A stretch of DNA of 20,000 nucleotides, from positions 44,610-64,609 of the forward strand of contig JAPEUI010000093.1 in the NCBI GenBank assembly GCA_026025075.1, written 5' to 3'. The notes under the pieces are model-generated. The model saw nothing but the letters and a program-made list of their open reading frames with translations. It was not told the origin of the DNA and ran no database searches. Position numbers and translations under genes: made by a program. This document shows, one piece after another, positions 9,478 through 20,000 of the stretch (the stretch's first letter is position 1; the number at the start of each line of letters is the position of its first letter). This DNA comes from Vezdaea acicularis (Eukaryota).

Positions 9478-12212
9478 TCAATGTCCTACACCACCGGCGA
9501 CCCAGTTATTTAGTTCGGGGTCTCCTGGCAGTGGAAATAGACCCCGATCCACTTGGTTATCCCCTTGCGCTCCTGGTACGCCGTCACCATGCGCTTGATC
9601 CCGATTTTCAGCTAAACGCCGGTGATTCAGCCGCCTCTGCTGCCGATAATACACCAAAAAGAGCAGAGTTCCCGCCAGGCTGAGGATTAGGAGGGTCTCC
9701 AGAAAACTTTCGTCCATCTCTAAATACAAATCATCTTCGCTTGACGGTGGTTCGGTGACAGGGTTCGTCAAGTCGTCACCATCGTCGCCATCTGGGAAAT
9801 TAGTGTGATCATCTTTGAGGAAATTTTGGACCCATTCGCTAACAGACCATTCCTTTTTTCGCTCTGAACATGGTGGGCGTATATTAGAAAGCAGACAGTA
9901 ATCTGGAGTATTACATGCACATACCTGGCTCGTTTTGTATGGAATTGACACGGCCGTTTGTGATCGTGTTCCAAAAGCTTCGTAGTCTCAGCTTCAGTAA
10001 TGCCATAGACACAGGCAGATAAGCTTCTTGATTTGTCTCAAGTGCCTGATCATAGAACCTCTTCGCAAGGTGAAAGTCTTGCTCTACTCCGAGACCGTTC
10101 TCATGCATCCAACCCAAGTTCCACAAAGCTTGTGCACTTTGCTGGAATTCTGAGGCGGCTTGATAACAAGCCGCTGCCTTCTCCTCATCGGCCTGAGTTC
10201 CGATTCCTGCGTGATAGTAATCACCCATCTTGACCATTGAGTCCATGTTAGATTGCTTCGCTGACCTCGTCCAATATATCAGGGCTAGAGCAGCATTGCG
10301 TAGAAAAGAGGGCCTTGATCTTCGGATAGGTAATAAAAAGTCTAGTGACAGGCGGGACTTCTCTTCATCCAACAGATAAGCAACATTTGCCTGGGCTGCT
10401 TCAAACCCCTGCTCAGCTGCCATCATGTATCTGACCAGAGCCCCTTCCACGTCTCCATTTTTGTATGCTTCATTAGCAGTATCGAATGATGAATGTATCG
10501 GCTCTGCTTTCTCCGCGACGATCTTGTAGTAAGTGGTGGCCACACCACAAGACCTGTCACGTCCAACGCCCTGGTTTGCTATCTCAGCTAGATAGTAGAA
10601 GGCCTCTATGTGACCATGCCGAGCTGCCAGCTCGAGATACGAATTGGCGTGGTATGTATCACCTTGGTCCAAGAGCAGCTTAGCTAGATTAACCTGTGCC
10701 GAGGGGTGGTCTTGGTCGGCCGCAGTCCGAAAATATTCGGCTGCTTTTAGTTCATCCTTCGGCAGCCCAAGACCGTGAAGATATAGAAGACCCATGCCAT
10801 TTTGCGACGTGCTGTCGCCGTTTGCGACACCCCTTTGAAACCACTTGGCGGCCTGATCGTAGCTTTGTTTAACGGCCTCTCCTCGTAGATACATTCTCCC
10901 TAGATAAGATGCCGCTTTCGCGGCAATTTTATCAATCCCCGGTGGAGCCTTCGAGTTAATGTTCCCTTCTTTGTCCCAATATTTCCTAGCGATTCGCTGA
11001 AAGTACACTCGTGCCTTGTTGAGGTTTCGATCGAGGACCCGGGAGCCATCATAATATAACCTTCCGAGACTGAACGTAGCTTTGAAATCGTCCTTCCTCG
11101 ACATTAGATCTAGATACTCCAAAACATCTTCCAAAGCAGCATGTGTGTTCGAGCCTACGTCTCCTTTAATGGCGTGCACTCCGGAGCTACTGACGCTTGC
11201 ACCTTCTCCATAGACACCCCCTTCATCGTCAGCAAGTCGGTATGCATTTTTAATAATTGACCTTCCACCAGGAGGACCAGATTCGTAGAATTGAATAGCC
11301 TTCTCAGCAACAGCTTTGTAATGGAAGGACGCTTGCTCACAATTCCGTGGGGTGGCGATTCCAGCATTATATCGGAAAGCTACTGTCATTTGTGATCTGG
11401 TATCGCCTCCCAAAGCGGCAAATGTATGGTACAGCAGGGCCTTAGCTTGATCACGCTGGACGGCTCCGCCAATCCCCGTTGCGTACATGAACCCTACCAT
11501 ATGCTGTGCGGAGCTATTCCCTGTAGTCATGGCCAGGTCGTAATATCCTTGAAACGCCTTGGAGTAATTTCGCGGGTGTGAGTAAAATCCAAAGAAGTTT
11601 ATATCCGCCAGTAAAAACCTAGCATCCGTATTTCCTTCTTTCGCGGCTGCCTCGAGCAGTTTCACTGCCTGGGCCAAAGGTGTTCCCCACGTCTTCTGGG
11701 CCTGGCCAGTATCGGAGGATTCGTCATAGTTCGGCCCATTCATGAATAGAATGTAAAAGACTTCTTTTAAATAATGCGTGAATATTCTGAGAATGCCTGA
11801 CGACCTCTCAAGACGCGAAAGTCGAGCGTTAGTCGGTTCTAATGATTGAAGGATAAACAAGGCCTCCGTTACTTCAAACACGCATTTCCAAGGTCAGCCT
11901 AAGTAAGACAGCTAAATGTAAGTCTTTGCTCACCTCTTCCATCATTTCCACGATCTGCGCTCTCAACCTTACGAAGGACATCATGTATTTTCGGACCACC
12001 AGTATACGCTTGTTGCTCTTTCGCAAGACCTGCGCTGTCGCCATAGATCTTGGATACCTTGCTCTCGCCTTCATGGGCATAGGTGGGTATACTCCAAATA
12101 CATGTGACTACTATGTAGGCAGAGAGTGGTCAGTGGGAAAGGGAAGCTTGACTTGTCGGGCACTCTACTTACAAAGGCAGAGCAAAACCAAAGGCCATCC
12201 TCCGCCCTTCAT
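9478..12212 (-). CDS. hrd3: ERAD HRD-ligase component Hrd3/SEL1L (signal peptide, Sel1 repeats, C-terminal TM helix), 849 aa
   Basis: Exons 12212-12173, 12110-11934, 11871-9925, 9863-9478; introns of 62, 62 and 61 nt; 2550 nt in frame. Signal peptide MKGGGWPLVLLCLLVTCIWSIPTYA. Sel1 repeats such as AQHMVGFMYATGIGG and ALWNLGWMHENGLGVEQDFHLAKRFYD. TM segment LLILSLAGTLLFLVYY followed by RQQRR. Confidence 0.94.
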
Positions 12213-12574
12213 CTTAGGTAGTAGCCTTCAGCTTTTCCTGACGTATTGGAACAAGGTTATTAATGAGCTTCGATTTTGCTCGCATCCGTCTCGTACAATC
12301 ATGTTGACGTCCTTACGTTGCTCATAGGCGCAATAGCAAGGTATTCAGAGCATTGAGAAAGACCAGAGCCGAATGGTAAAAGCGAGTTGTCATCACCGAG
12401 TTTCATGTCGGGGAAGCGAGCATCCAATTAGACGAACCCATTGCCTCCTTGCAACTTATTCTTCATGCGAAGCTATATATCTTCGAATTACAAGCTATCT
12501 GACGCATGTAACAAATGAGAAAATTGTCTCGATTCTAGTAACTTTCTTGCCCTCTTCCCTCTGCCCCTTGAAAT

Positions 12575-13874
12575 TCATTCGGCACTGTCTGAATTAGCCC
12601 ATGCTCTGATCAAGCCATCTTCTCCAGCCGTGTACACAACCCTTGACTTGTGAAAAAGTTAGAGCTCTTTCATAATTGCAAATAGACCATTTGCACCTAC
12701 CTTTTCCTCTACATATACCGATCGAACTATTTCGTCTCCGTGCGCTTCGGGGATTCTGATGATCGCATCTGGATCGAATGTCCAGTGCGGCTCTGATCTC
12801 AAATTGAAGATATCTACTCTCTTGTCCCTTCGCATATTCATTTATCTTAGCATAAGAACAGATCTAGTTTCTTAATACCTCGAGGTTCTCTTTGGACTCA
12901 CGAATTGTCTCCGACCGCGACAAGCGCGCCATCACCGCTCCAAAGCTTCACGTCGATCACGTATCTACAATTGAGTTTCTCTCTTAAATCCCCAAAAACC
13001 ATTGGGGGTGGCTCAATCATCTTTTCCTCAGGGCTTGCGAGTTGATACATTGAGAAAATTTCGTCGTTACTCAGGGCAAAGATATTCGCATCGTCAAGAA
13101 ACCCTGCTTTATGTATCGATGATCCGAATGGGATCACTTGATACAGGGCATCTTCCTCTTCAGCTATAGTCATATCGTAAACATTCAAAAGGCCATCACT
13201 TGATCCAGACAAGAGGAGGGAAGGGTGATGCGGATGAAATTGGACCTGTGTCGAATGTTAGCATAACTTACCCCTTGATTTGGTAGACAACTAGCCTCTG
13301 TCACATCGTCATTGTGGCTGTCGGCGTACTGCAACTTCGCCACTTCGGGGGTTCTCACATCCCTTAGGTAGTCATTAGCAGCCTTCATATGGTAGGCGGG
13401 ATATAGATGTACCAAACCATCACTGATACCTGGTGCCTGTCGTCAGGATCTCCTGTCCCTACTACGATTGCATTTCTCTCAGCATTGCAGTCGAGGGATA
13501 CAAGTGGAGCGCGGCCTGCCCAATTGAAAACAATTAACATAATATCAGTGCCATGTAGAGACTAAACCCGTACCGGCATTGAAGGTTGCAACTTTAGTGC
13601 CAACCCTAATGTCCCAAAAGAACGCGGATCCGTTCACACCAGTTGTTACTAGAATGTTCCCTAACCTGTCGAATGATTTGATACGAGTGACCCCGCCATG
13701 GCCTGTCTTTAGGACACCTCCGGTAGAAAGAGATAAGGAAAGTGGATCAAATATACGGAGAGAATCATCTGACGATATAGCCGCGATTGCATTTGAAGTC
13801 GGCTCTAGAGAGTAAATGAAATTATTGAGCGGGAGCGACAAGGAGGATTTTGCGACACAGTTGAAATACTTCAT
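12575..13874 (-). CDS. WD40-repeat protein, WDR89/YNL035C-like, 337 aa, six exons
   Basis: Exons 13874-13574, 13515-13413, 13362-13296, 13245-12902, 12827-12701, 12646-12575; 1014 nt in frame, with intron 3 as GC-AG. Family-like motifs: AAISSDDSLRIFD, WDVR...YADSHNDDVTEVQFHP...LLSGSSDGLLNVYD, SIHKAGF, AHGDEIVRS, YTAGEDGLIRAW. Confidence 0.85.
13246..13295 (-). other. Non-canonical GC-AG spliceosomal intron (50 nt)
   Basis: ACAGAG|GCTAGT...TGCTAAC...ACACAG|GTCCAA. Removing it gives the uninterrupted WD motif HNDDVTE-VQFHP. Confidence 0.8.
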
Positions 13875-14675
13875 GCTTGAGGAACATTGGATGCCCGTAA
13901 ACTTCAATTCGCTTTTGACTCGAGCTTACTATAGTACGAACCGGAAGGCTTGGCCAAAAAGACTTCACAGCTGCAACGCCGCTATGACCATTTATGGGTT
14001 CAGTTGGTAAATTCTGGTGACTCATCAAGAGATATTTATGGAATAGACTCACGAATGCATCAGCCAATTTCTGGGAATGACGTGATTCAGTTTGCAGTCA
14101 CGACGATGTTGCAAGTACCCCGAGGGACATGAGTTAGAGGCATGATACGTTGTATGACAACAATGAATTGAATCGATCAATTCCTTCAAGACTCGTTACA
14201 TTCGAGCGAGAATCTTGGGTTGATCCAAGACATAAAATAGTCCGTAAGGAAGCGTAGTTAAGGAAACAAGGCAGAAGGCTTCACATATACTACTAGAAGC
14301 GCTCTATCATCTTAGGGTTGATTCTCTTGATCACGAGCATATTTGGCAGGCCCACAGAGGCTCTGAGCTGTCTAATTTAAGTCACGTCTACAGCGTGATG
14401 AATGTTGTCTAATGCAGGCACGGCCAGGTACCAAATTACAGTTTCTATGTTGCACTGGGCATTCCATCCGTTATGGATAACTCATTACGAGCGGCAGACA
14501 TACCTATACCCAAGAAAACCAGCCTGTACGAATGGCTTTCAGACTCCAAATCAGTAACCCAACACCTAGCCTCAAGGAGCCTTAAATAAATAGCCCTGAT
14601 ATACGCTTGACCTCCTTAATCCAACGCCGATGATGTATTTTAGCGTCTTTATCTATCTCAAGCACGATCGCGAAG

Positions 14676-16156
14676 TCATAGGTAGACCCTCTTTGCACCA
14701 CTAGGGTGGCTTTCCCCCGGGCAGTACGGACATTTAAATCGACTTCCTTTGCTTAATCTTGCCAGTGACTCTTGCGCGATGACATGGCCGCACGGCTGCA
14801 TCATTGGCGGGTTCTCCTCTGTGCTTTGTTCCTTTGATACGGGGCAGACAAATATGGAGTGGAAGTGATAAGACGGCGGAAGGGCAATTTCAACCTGTAA
14901 GATGTCAATAATTTGCTGTAGAGCCATGTATTGAAACTCACGGGTAGCTCCTCTTGGGTCGTCCATTCGGTTCTCTTATCCTTCATGATTCCTGCAAGCT
15001 TCAACAGGGTTGGTAGAGCAATTGCCCCTGCGGTTGTTGCAATGTATAACGGTGAGTCAGCCGAAAGCCCAAGAAGTGAGCAGAACTCCCTCGTGAACGA
15101 GTTGGCGACCTCCTCCCAAGCCGAGTCGTTGTGGAAAATATGTCGATAGGGTGAGGTTTGCAAATTCGGAACATACGCCATGCCGGTTACTAGCTGCTGT
15201 ATCTCGCGAAGGTATCGGCTCTGAAACCCTGAAAATTCCCTGCGAGCATATTCAAGGGCTTTCGAAAGCCCACCGCTAGCTACCGACTGATTTGTATCCG
15301 GCTCTTTACCCATAAATAGCCAAATGAACTGTAGCTTAACCAGCTCAAACTCAAGGTTACTCCCTCGAGCTTCTAACATTTCACTGTAATTCCTTGCCCA
15401 TTGTATAGCAGGGCCCGGGTTATGCTCATTACGTAGTTGGTCCAAGATATAGTACATATCCGCAAATCGTTGCTGCAAAAACTCAGAGCTTATTGAACCG
15501 AGATCCATCTCAACTTGCGTGGCGTCATGTGGGTTTGGTGATCCCGGTGTGGGCAGTGGCGTGGGTGGCTTCGCAGCAGCTTCTGCGAGAAATTTTGAAG
15601 CAACAGAGAACTGGCCTTCTCTCAGGAGGTGCATTGCTATGGCCCGATTGATGAGAGTGGGGTGTGAGGACAAGGCGTCATAATCGGCGTTTAGGAGCGG
15701 CATCGACTTGAAGTTCTGCAAGCTGTCAGTAAAAGTTCTAAATTAAGCTGTTTCAAATGCGGGCCAATAAATACTGACCTTGTCTAGAGCCTTTTGGTAT
15801 TTGCCTAAGCCAGAATAGACGCCTTTCAGAGAGTCGTTCGTCCGATCAAATGACTGCTTGACCGGATTTTGAAGCTTTGCTAACGTTGACTGCGCTTCAT
15901 CAGGGTCTAGCGGGATAGAGAGTTAGTACATCAGCGTTTAATACATCTCCAAAGCGGGGAAATGTGTGCAATCAAGAAGTCGGAGTTAGTTTTCAAGCCG
16001 AGATTGAATAGAAGAAACCTATTTATGTCCCTTACCCGACGCTATGGATTTCCTAGCTTTTGCAAGGAGGTTGATGGTAGCTTGAACATCATCGATGCTC
16101 TTCGAGAGATTGCCTTTCTTCACTAATCGCTCGTGCTCAAGTAGAAGTGGGTCCAT
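14676..16156 (-). CDS. rmd5: GID/CTLH E3 ligase RING subunit Rmd5/Gid2 (RMND5), 413 aa
   Basis: Exons 16156-16036, 15906-15779, 15715-14942, 14894-14676; introns of 129, 63 and 47 nt; 1242 nt in frame. LisH ([22 protein letters not shown]), CTLH (PAIQWA...SNLEFEL), CRA ([17 protein letters not shown]) and degenerate RING ([13 protein letters not shown]...PCGHVI...FKCPYCP). Confidence 0.95.
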
Positions 16157-16724
16157 CCTGACCAACTCGCCGTGGTGAAAGGAGAATAAGTTCGGAGACG
16201 TATTCAGATGGTCGGGCCTCTCATCCACAGCTCTGATTGTATATCACAGAGCCAACATAATGAGGTTGCATGCGGGTGTTCGGTTTCATCCTTGCGGCAA
16301 TGGGCACATGTTCCAACAACCGTGTACATATACGACCAAATTGGCTGCGTAATGTTTGATAAATGTTTGCATCGACTCGCCTTACATCGTTGCACTACGA
16401 ATTGCTCGCCAAGATACATCAGATAGAAAACGGCAATAAACAATTTTTACTATGTTTATGCCTTGAGCAGGAACACTCTTGCTCCACTCTTTCAGCAGTT
16501 GTCTTCCAATGGTAGCACAAATGAATTTACTGCTGCTCCTTTGGGCACCATTGGCAGGCACAACACTGGTATCTGGAGGCTAGCATTAGTGCTTGTTTCT
16601 AACCACCAGCTACTCTTCTTGATACAGCGATAAAGCTGGAGCTTGGATTTCGTGCACGGGTGCAGAGGCATATGCCCGAAAGTCATATGAGGAATCTGGA
16701 GTAATGTAATATAGCATTTCCACC

Positions 16725-19449
16725 ATGCAGGAGCCTACGACCAAATCATTTCCCATACCTGGGGTTCAGACTCCCGAGCAAACAGGAGTACACCCCTCCA
16801 AGAGCGGTCCAGCCGTTCAGCCTACCACGAAAATGCAATCTTATCAGCGATTTGTGTTAACAGATCCGGTTGCATTCAGGTAATGGAGATCACTAGACAA
16901 CAGATCGAGACCTTTACTTACTTGTATTCAGATATCTCGAAGAAGACCCGAAAACTACAGTTCTAGAGAGACGTAGGTATCTTGAAGGGTACCAGCTGTA
17001 TATAGTTGAGCAGTGGGGTTGCTCTAGAGTACACCCAACCTTTATAATAAACTCCTACACAGGCGACCCTTCTCATAAGGTTGTCGTTGGAGTTCTGAGT
17101 GTTCCAACTGACGAGGAATCCTGGTCTCCCAGACTTAGGGTCTATATTAAAGCTGTCTCTCAGTTTCACGCTCGAAGGAGCGAGACGCCTCTTGGAATTT
17201 TGATGGTCACGAATTTGAGCGGATTTCCACCCGGACTCACTGTCGTCGCTGTGCCTGACGGAGATGTTCGGAAACATAGGGAAGACTTTATAGTCAATGA
17301 GAATCTGAAACGTATGGGCTGCTCTGGAAGAGCTGGACTCGCTCTTTCATACCCAACCGGCGCTACACAATCCAAATTCCATAGCCTTTATAAGACAAGC
17401 GATAGAATACCACTCTACGGTGCTGTCCTCGAACTAGTCAAGCTTTGCCAAATAGCATTGATCCTGTTTGGGGTCCTCGCTCCTGAATATGCCGATGGCC
17501 TTCTTTGTGATATGACAGAGACAGGCATCAACGACTGGTGGACTAATATCGGAATAGAGCATTACGACCTTGAACCCAGTGATGGCATCTTGGGACCAAC
17601 TACAGTCGCGGCTCTGCTTGGGTTGTTAATGGGTGCTCGAAACCGCCTCAGTGCTTATGGTGCACAAATGAGCAAAGATCCATTTGACATCGCGAACATG
17701 AAAAGAGGCATAGCACACTTTCAAAAATCTCAAAAGTTACCAAGAACGAAGCGACTCGATACTGGAACAATCAAGCGTTTACGCGAGGTTACTGCAAAGG
17801 CTGCAAGTGGACAGGGATGGAATATACCGAAAGCTGTCAAATCCACTGTTGCAGAGCTGAGTGGTAAGGGTGGGGATATGATGGGCATGTCGGGTGTGAG
17901 AGAGAGGGCTGGGTTTGCGGAAATAGAGACACCTGATATTGAGCATTTTGTGGAGTATCTCAAGGGTGAAAGAGCAAAATGGCTTTGGCTAGGTAAACCA
18001 CGAAAGAGTACAACACAGACTTATTCTGAGCTGCTTCCTACGAGTCAGCACCTGGTCTTCGACAAAGACGATCGGGGAGGATATGTGTGGTTGGGCCGAA
18101 ACCCAGGCTCCCATGATGAGGAGGATGTTATAGGTGGTATTTCACAACGCAGTACTGGCTCATCTAGTGTTTATAAAGGCCAGACACCAGACTCCGCTAC
18201 CAGCCTTACATCTCCCATCGACAGGGAGCAAAATTTAAGGAGAAATGTCTTCAAAAGCGTTACGGACCGGATGAGTGACGCCCGCAGTGGGCTTGGGCGT
18301 GTCAAGGACGCGGTAGGTCTTCAAGGTCTGAGAGGAAATAACAGTAAAATATTTAAGGAATCGACAACAGAACTTGCGAATGAGCCCTCGCAAGGACATA
18401 GCGGGACAGGGAAGGAGGCGCCGACATCGGTGGAGGTACATGATCTTGCGGAAATGCCAAGGGCACAAGATCCAAGTCGCTCCTCGCAGGAATTACTCTC
18501 ACAGGCAGATGTCAGTATGTCAAGGAGAGACGTGAGGCAAGGAGACCATTCAACAAGTATTCCGAAACCCAGAGCTTCGTTCTCTTCATCTCGAAGCTCG
18601 TTGTCTATCCTCCCCCCTCCTTCCCATAGAAAAGACGCCCACGTCAGGCTGTCTTCCGATGATGACGCTGAGGACAATGAAGAGGACGATGCACATCGAC
18701 TATCTTTCCAAGATGCTAGTCTCACAGACCCGTCTATGGATGGGTCATCCTATCAACTTGGTCTTCATACTAGCCTGATACAGGATCGTGACAGTAAGAC
18801 AGGAGGAGTTGGGCGGCTTTTACGACGCAGTCTGAGCCAAAGCGTTATTGATCAGATATCCGGTCATCACCGTGACGAAAATTGGTGGCCAAGACATTTA
18901 TCCTTTGGTGCTGCGGAAGACGCCGTACTTGTTTGGGATGAGGTCCAAGATGTATCTGCGAAACTCGACGATCTGAAGCAACAAAATGAGGTCACGACGA
19001 ATGCTCGACGAATGGGCGAGCTCATTTCGCGGGTGAACAACCAAACCCGAACCTGGGTCGAGCGCGAGCTAAAAGGCGTCGAAGACGTGAACAATTCATT
19101 AGGCCGCGATCAGGAAGATATAATCGTGCAATATCATCAGCACCTGGAAGACTATGAGACTCTTTGTGCCGGTTCTAGTGATCTTCTATCAGAAGAGCGA
19201 GATCATCTTATGGAAGCAATCAAGGAAATAGAAGTCCTCGGCGCTAAACTTGAGTACGAGCTGAACGCGTTGGAGGCGAAGGTGGAAGACGTTGAGGCCG
19301 ACGTGGCTGAATATGAGAAAAATGTTCAGGGTATTGAGACTAAAGCAGATGAGGTCGCAGCTGAGGAAAATGCTCCAGAAACGTGGTTTCACTGGACTGT
19401 AAGGATGGCAACGGGCATTGGAAGACCTCCTATTGGCCCTTCTATATGA
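16725..19449 (+). CDS. STB2/STB6-like (Sin3-binding family) protein with C-terminal coiled coil, 890 aa
   Basis: Exons 16725-16879 and 16932-19449, with a 52-nt intron GTAATG...CAG joining FVLTDPVAF-R-YLEED. Motifs: GYQLYIVEQW, LMVTNLSGFP, NENLKRMGCSGRAG, EYADGLLCD, DGILGPTTVAALLG, LEYELNALEAKVEDVE. The start codon is the first in-frame ATG (context CACCATG). Confidence 0.85.
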
Positions 19450-19788
19450 CGGTACACCACACCATCGTGTCATGTTTCAGCTAGATAGAAGCTTTACAAT
19501 ATTGTACAAGTATATTGAAAGGGGGAGAGAAAGGACTTCGCTTCAGAGTCGTCATCACAACTATCTATTCGTGTTGAGGGGGCGCTCAACAAACTCCCTT
19601 GCACAGTTCATTCTCCAAGCCATAACCCAAAAGACATCCCAATTTCCCATTTTGGAGACCTTAAATGCTAGAAGATGTGGCTTCGACCAGCATAGCTTGT
19701 AATTTTGACCACATACTATCAGCTGATCGTGAGCTATCTCCTTTCCCAAAATGCTGCCCTATTTACTCGTCCTTTCTACCTCATTCCA

Positions 19789-19975
19789 CTACATTCCAAA
19801 GCCCATACCACCAGCACCGCCTTGGGCAGCCTGGTCTTGCATCTTCTCACTGACTTTTACGTTGACCTCGAAGAACTTGGAGACGCAGCGGTCAAGGCAT
19901 ACCGATTCGCCTTTGTTCAAGTCCCCTTCTCGATAATCATTTGGTATACATTTTTTGGTGCAGGATTGTGTTAAT
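19789..19975 (-). CDS. tim10: Mitochondrial small Tim chaperone Tim10, last exon (upstream part off the right edge)
   Basis: After branch site TACTGAC and acceptor TAG (ending 19976), the exon reads [46 protein letters not shown]...GFGM*. This has the twin CX3C motif and the Tim10-typical [16 protein letters not shown]. Confidence 0.94.
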
Positions 19976-20000
19976 CTACATGCCAGTCAGTACCTAATAG

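Noticed and set aside
12676..12695. TGCAAAT/ATTTGCA inverted repeat in WD40 intron 5
   Set aside because: A 7-bp stem alone is expected by chance.
13875..14675. 800-nt intergenic gap checked for a tRNA, small gene or transposon remnant
   Set aside because: No cloverleaf or A/B boxes, terminal repeats or credible spliced ORF were found by eye. A tRNAscan/Infernal run would be needed to exclude an ncRNA.
15907..16035. rmd5 intron 1 is long (129 nt) with two ACTAAC motifs; considered a stwintron, micro-exon or intronic snoRNA
   Set aside because: There is no suitable AG close after the first motif, a 2-nt micro-exon would break the frame, and there is no box C (TGATGA).
16157..16228. 24-codon in-frame N-terminal extension of rmd5 in the ORF track
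   Set aside because: It begins at GTG, and the sequence from ATG 16156 already gives a full-length Rmd5-like protein.
17730..19974. Multiple short ORFs antisense to the STB2/6-like gene and tim10, or in their shared 3' region
   Set aside because: They are shadow frames of real genes or 3' UTR ORFs with no independent support.

Overview
Gene-dense stretch of a filamentous ascomycete (Pezizomycotina-type) nuclear genome, with short spliceosomal introns of 46-129 nt and CTRAC-type branch sites. I built ten gene models by hand: cdc20 (5' part, minus, missed by the ORF track), a Kelch+BTB Ral2-like gene, a class I SAM methyltransferase, noc2, vps28, hrd3/SEL1L, a WDR89/YNL035C-like WD40 gene, rmd5/GID2, an STB2/STB6-like gene, and the last exon of tim10 (also missed by the track). 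All spliced models give a continuous reading frame. I saw no rRNA, tRNA, CRISPR array or transposon. The main oddity is the methyltransferase. It is the only complete intronless gene, looks GC-richer, and has an 86-aa N-terminal extension made of a signal-peptide-like segment and an Arg/Pro-rich (RLP)x3 repeat ending in RRR, so it is a candidate secreted or dual-localised methyltransferase. Other items: a GC-AG intron with an in-frame decoy GT donor, a nested hairpin plus uORFs just upstream of noc2, a 474-nt AUG-free cdc20 leader with a possible UTR intron, and vps28/hrd3 stop codons only 37 nt apart. Family calls come from motif recognition, not database searches.
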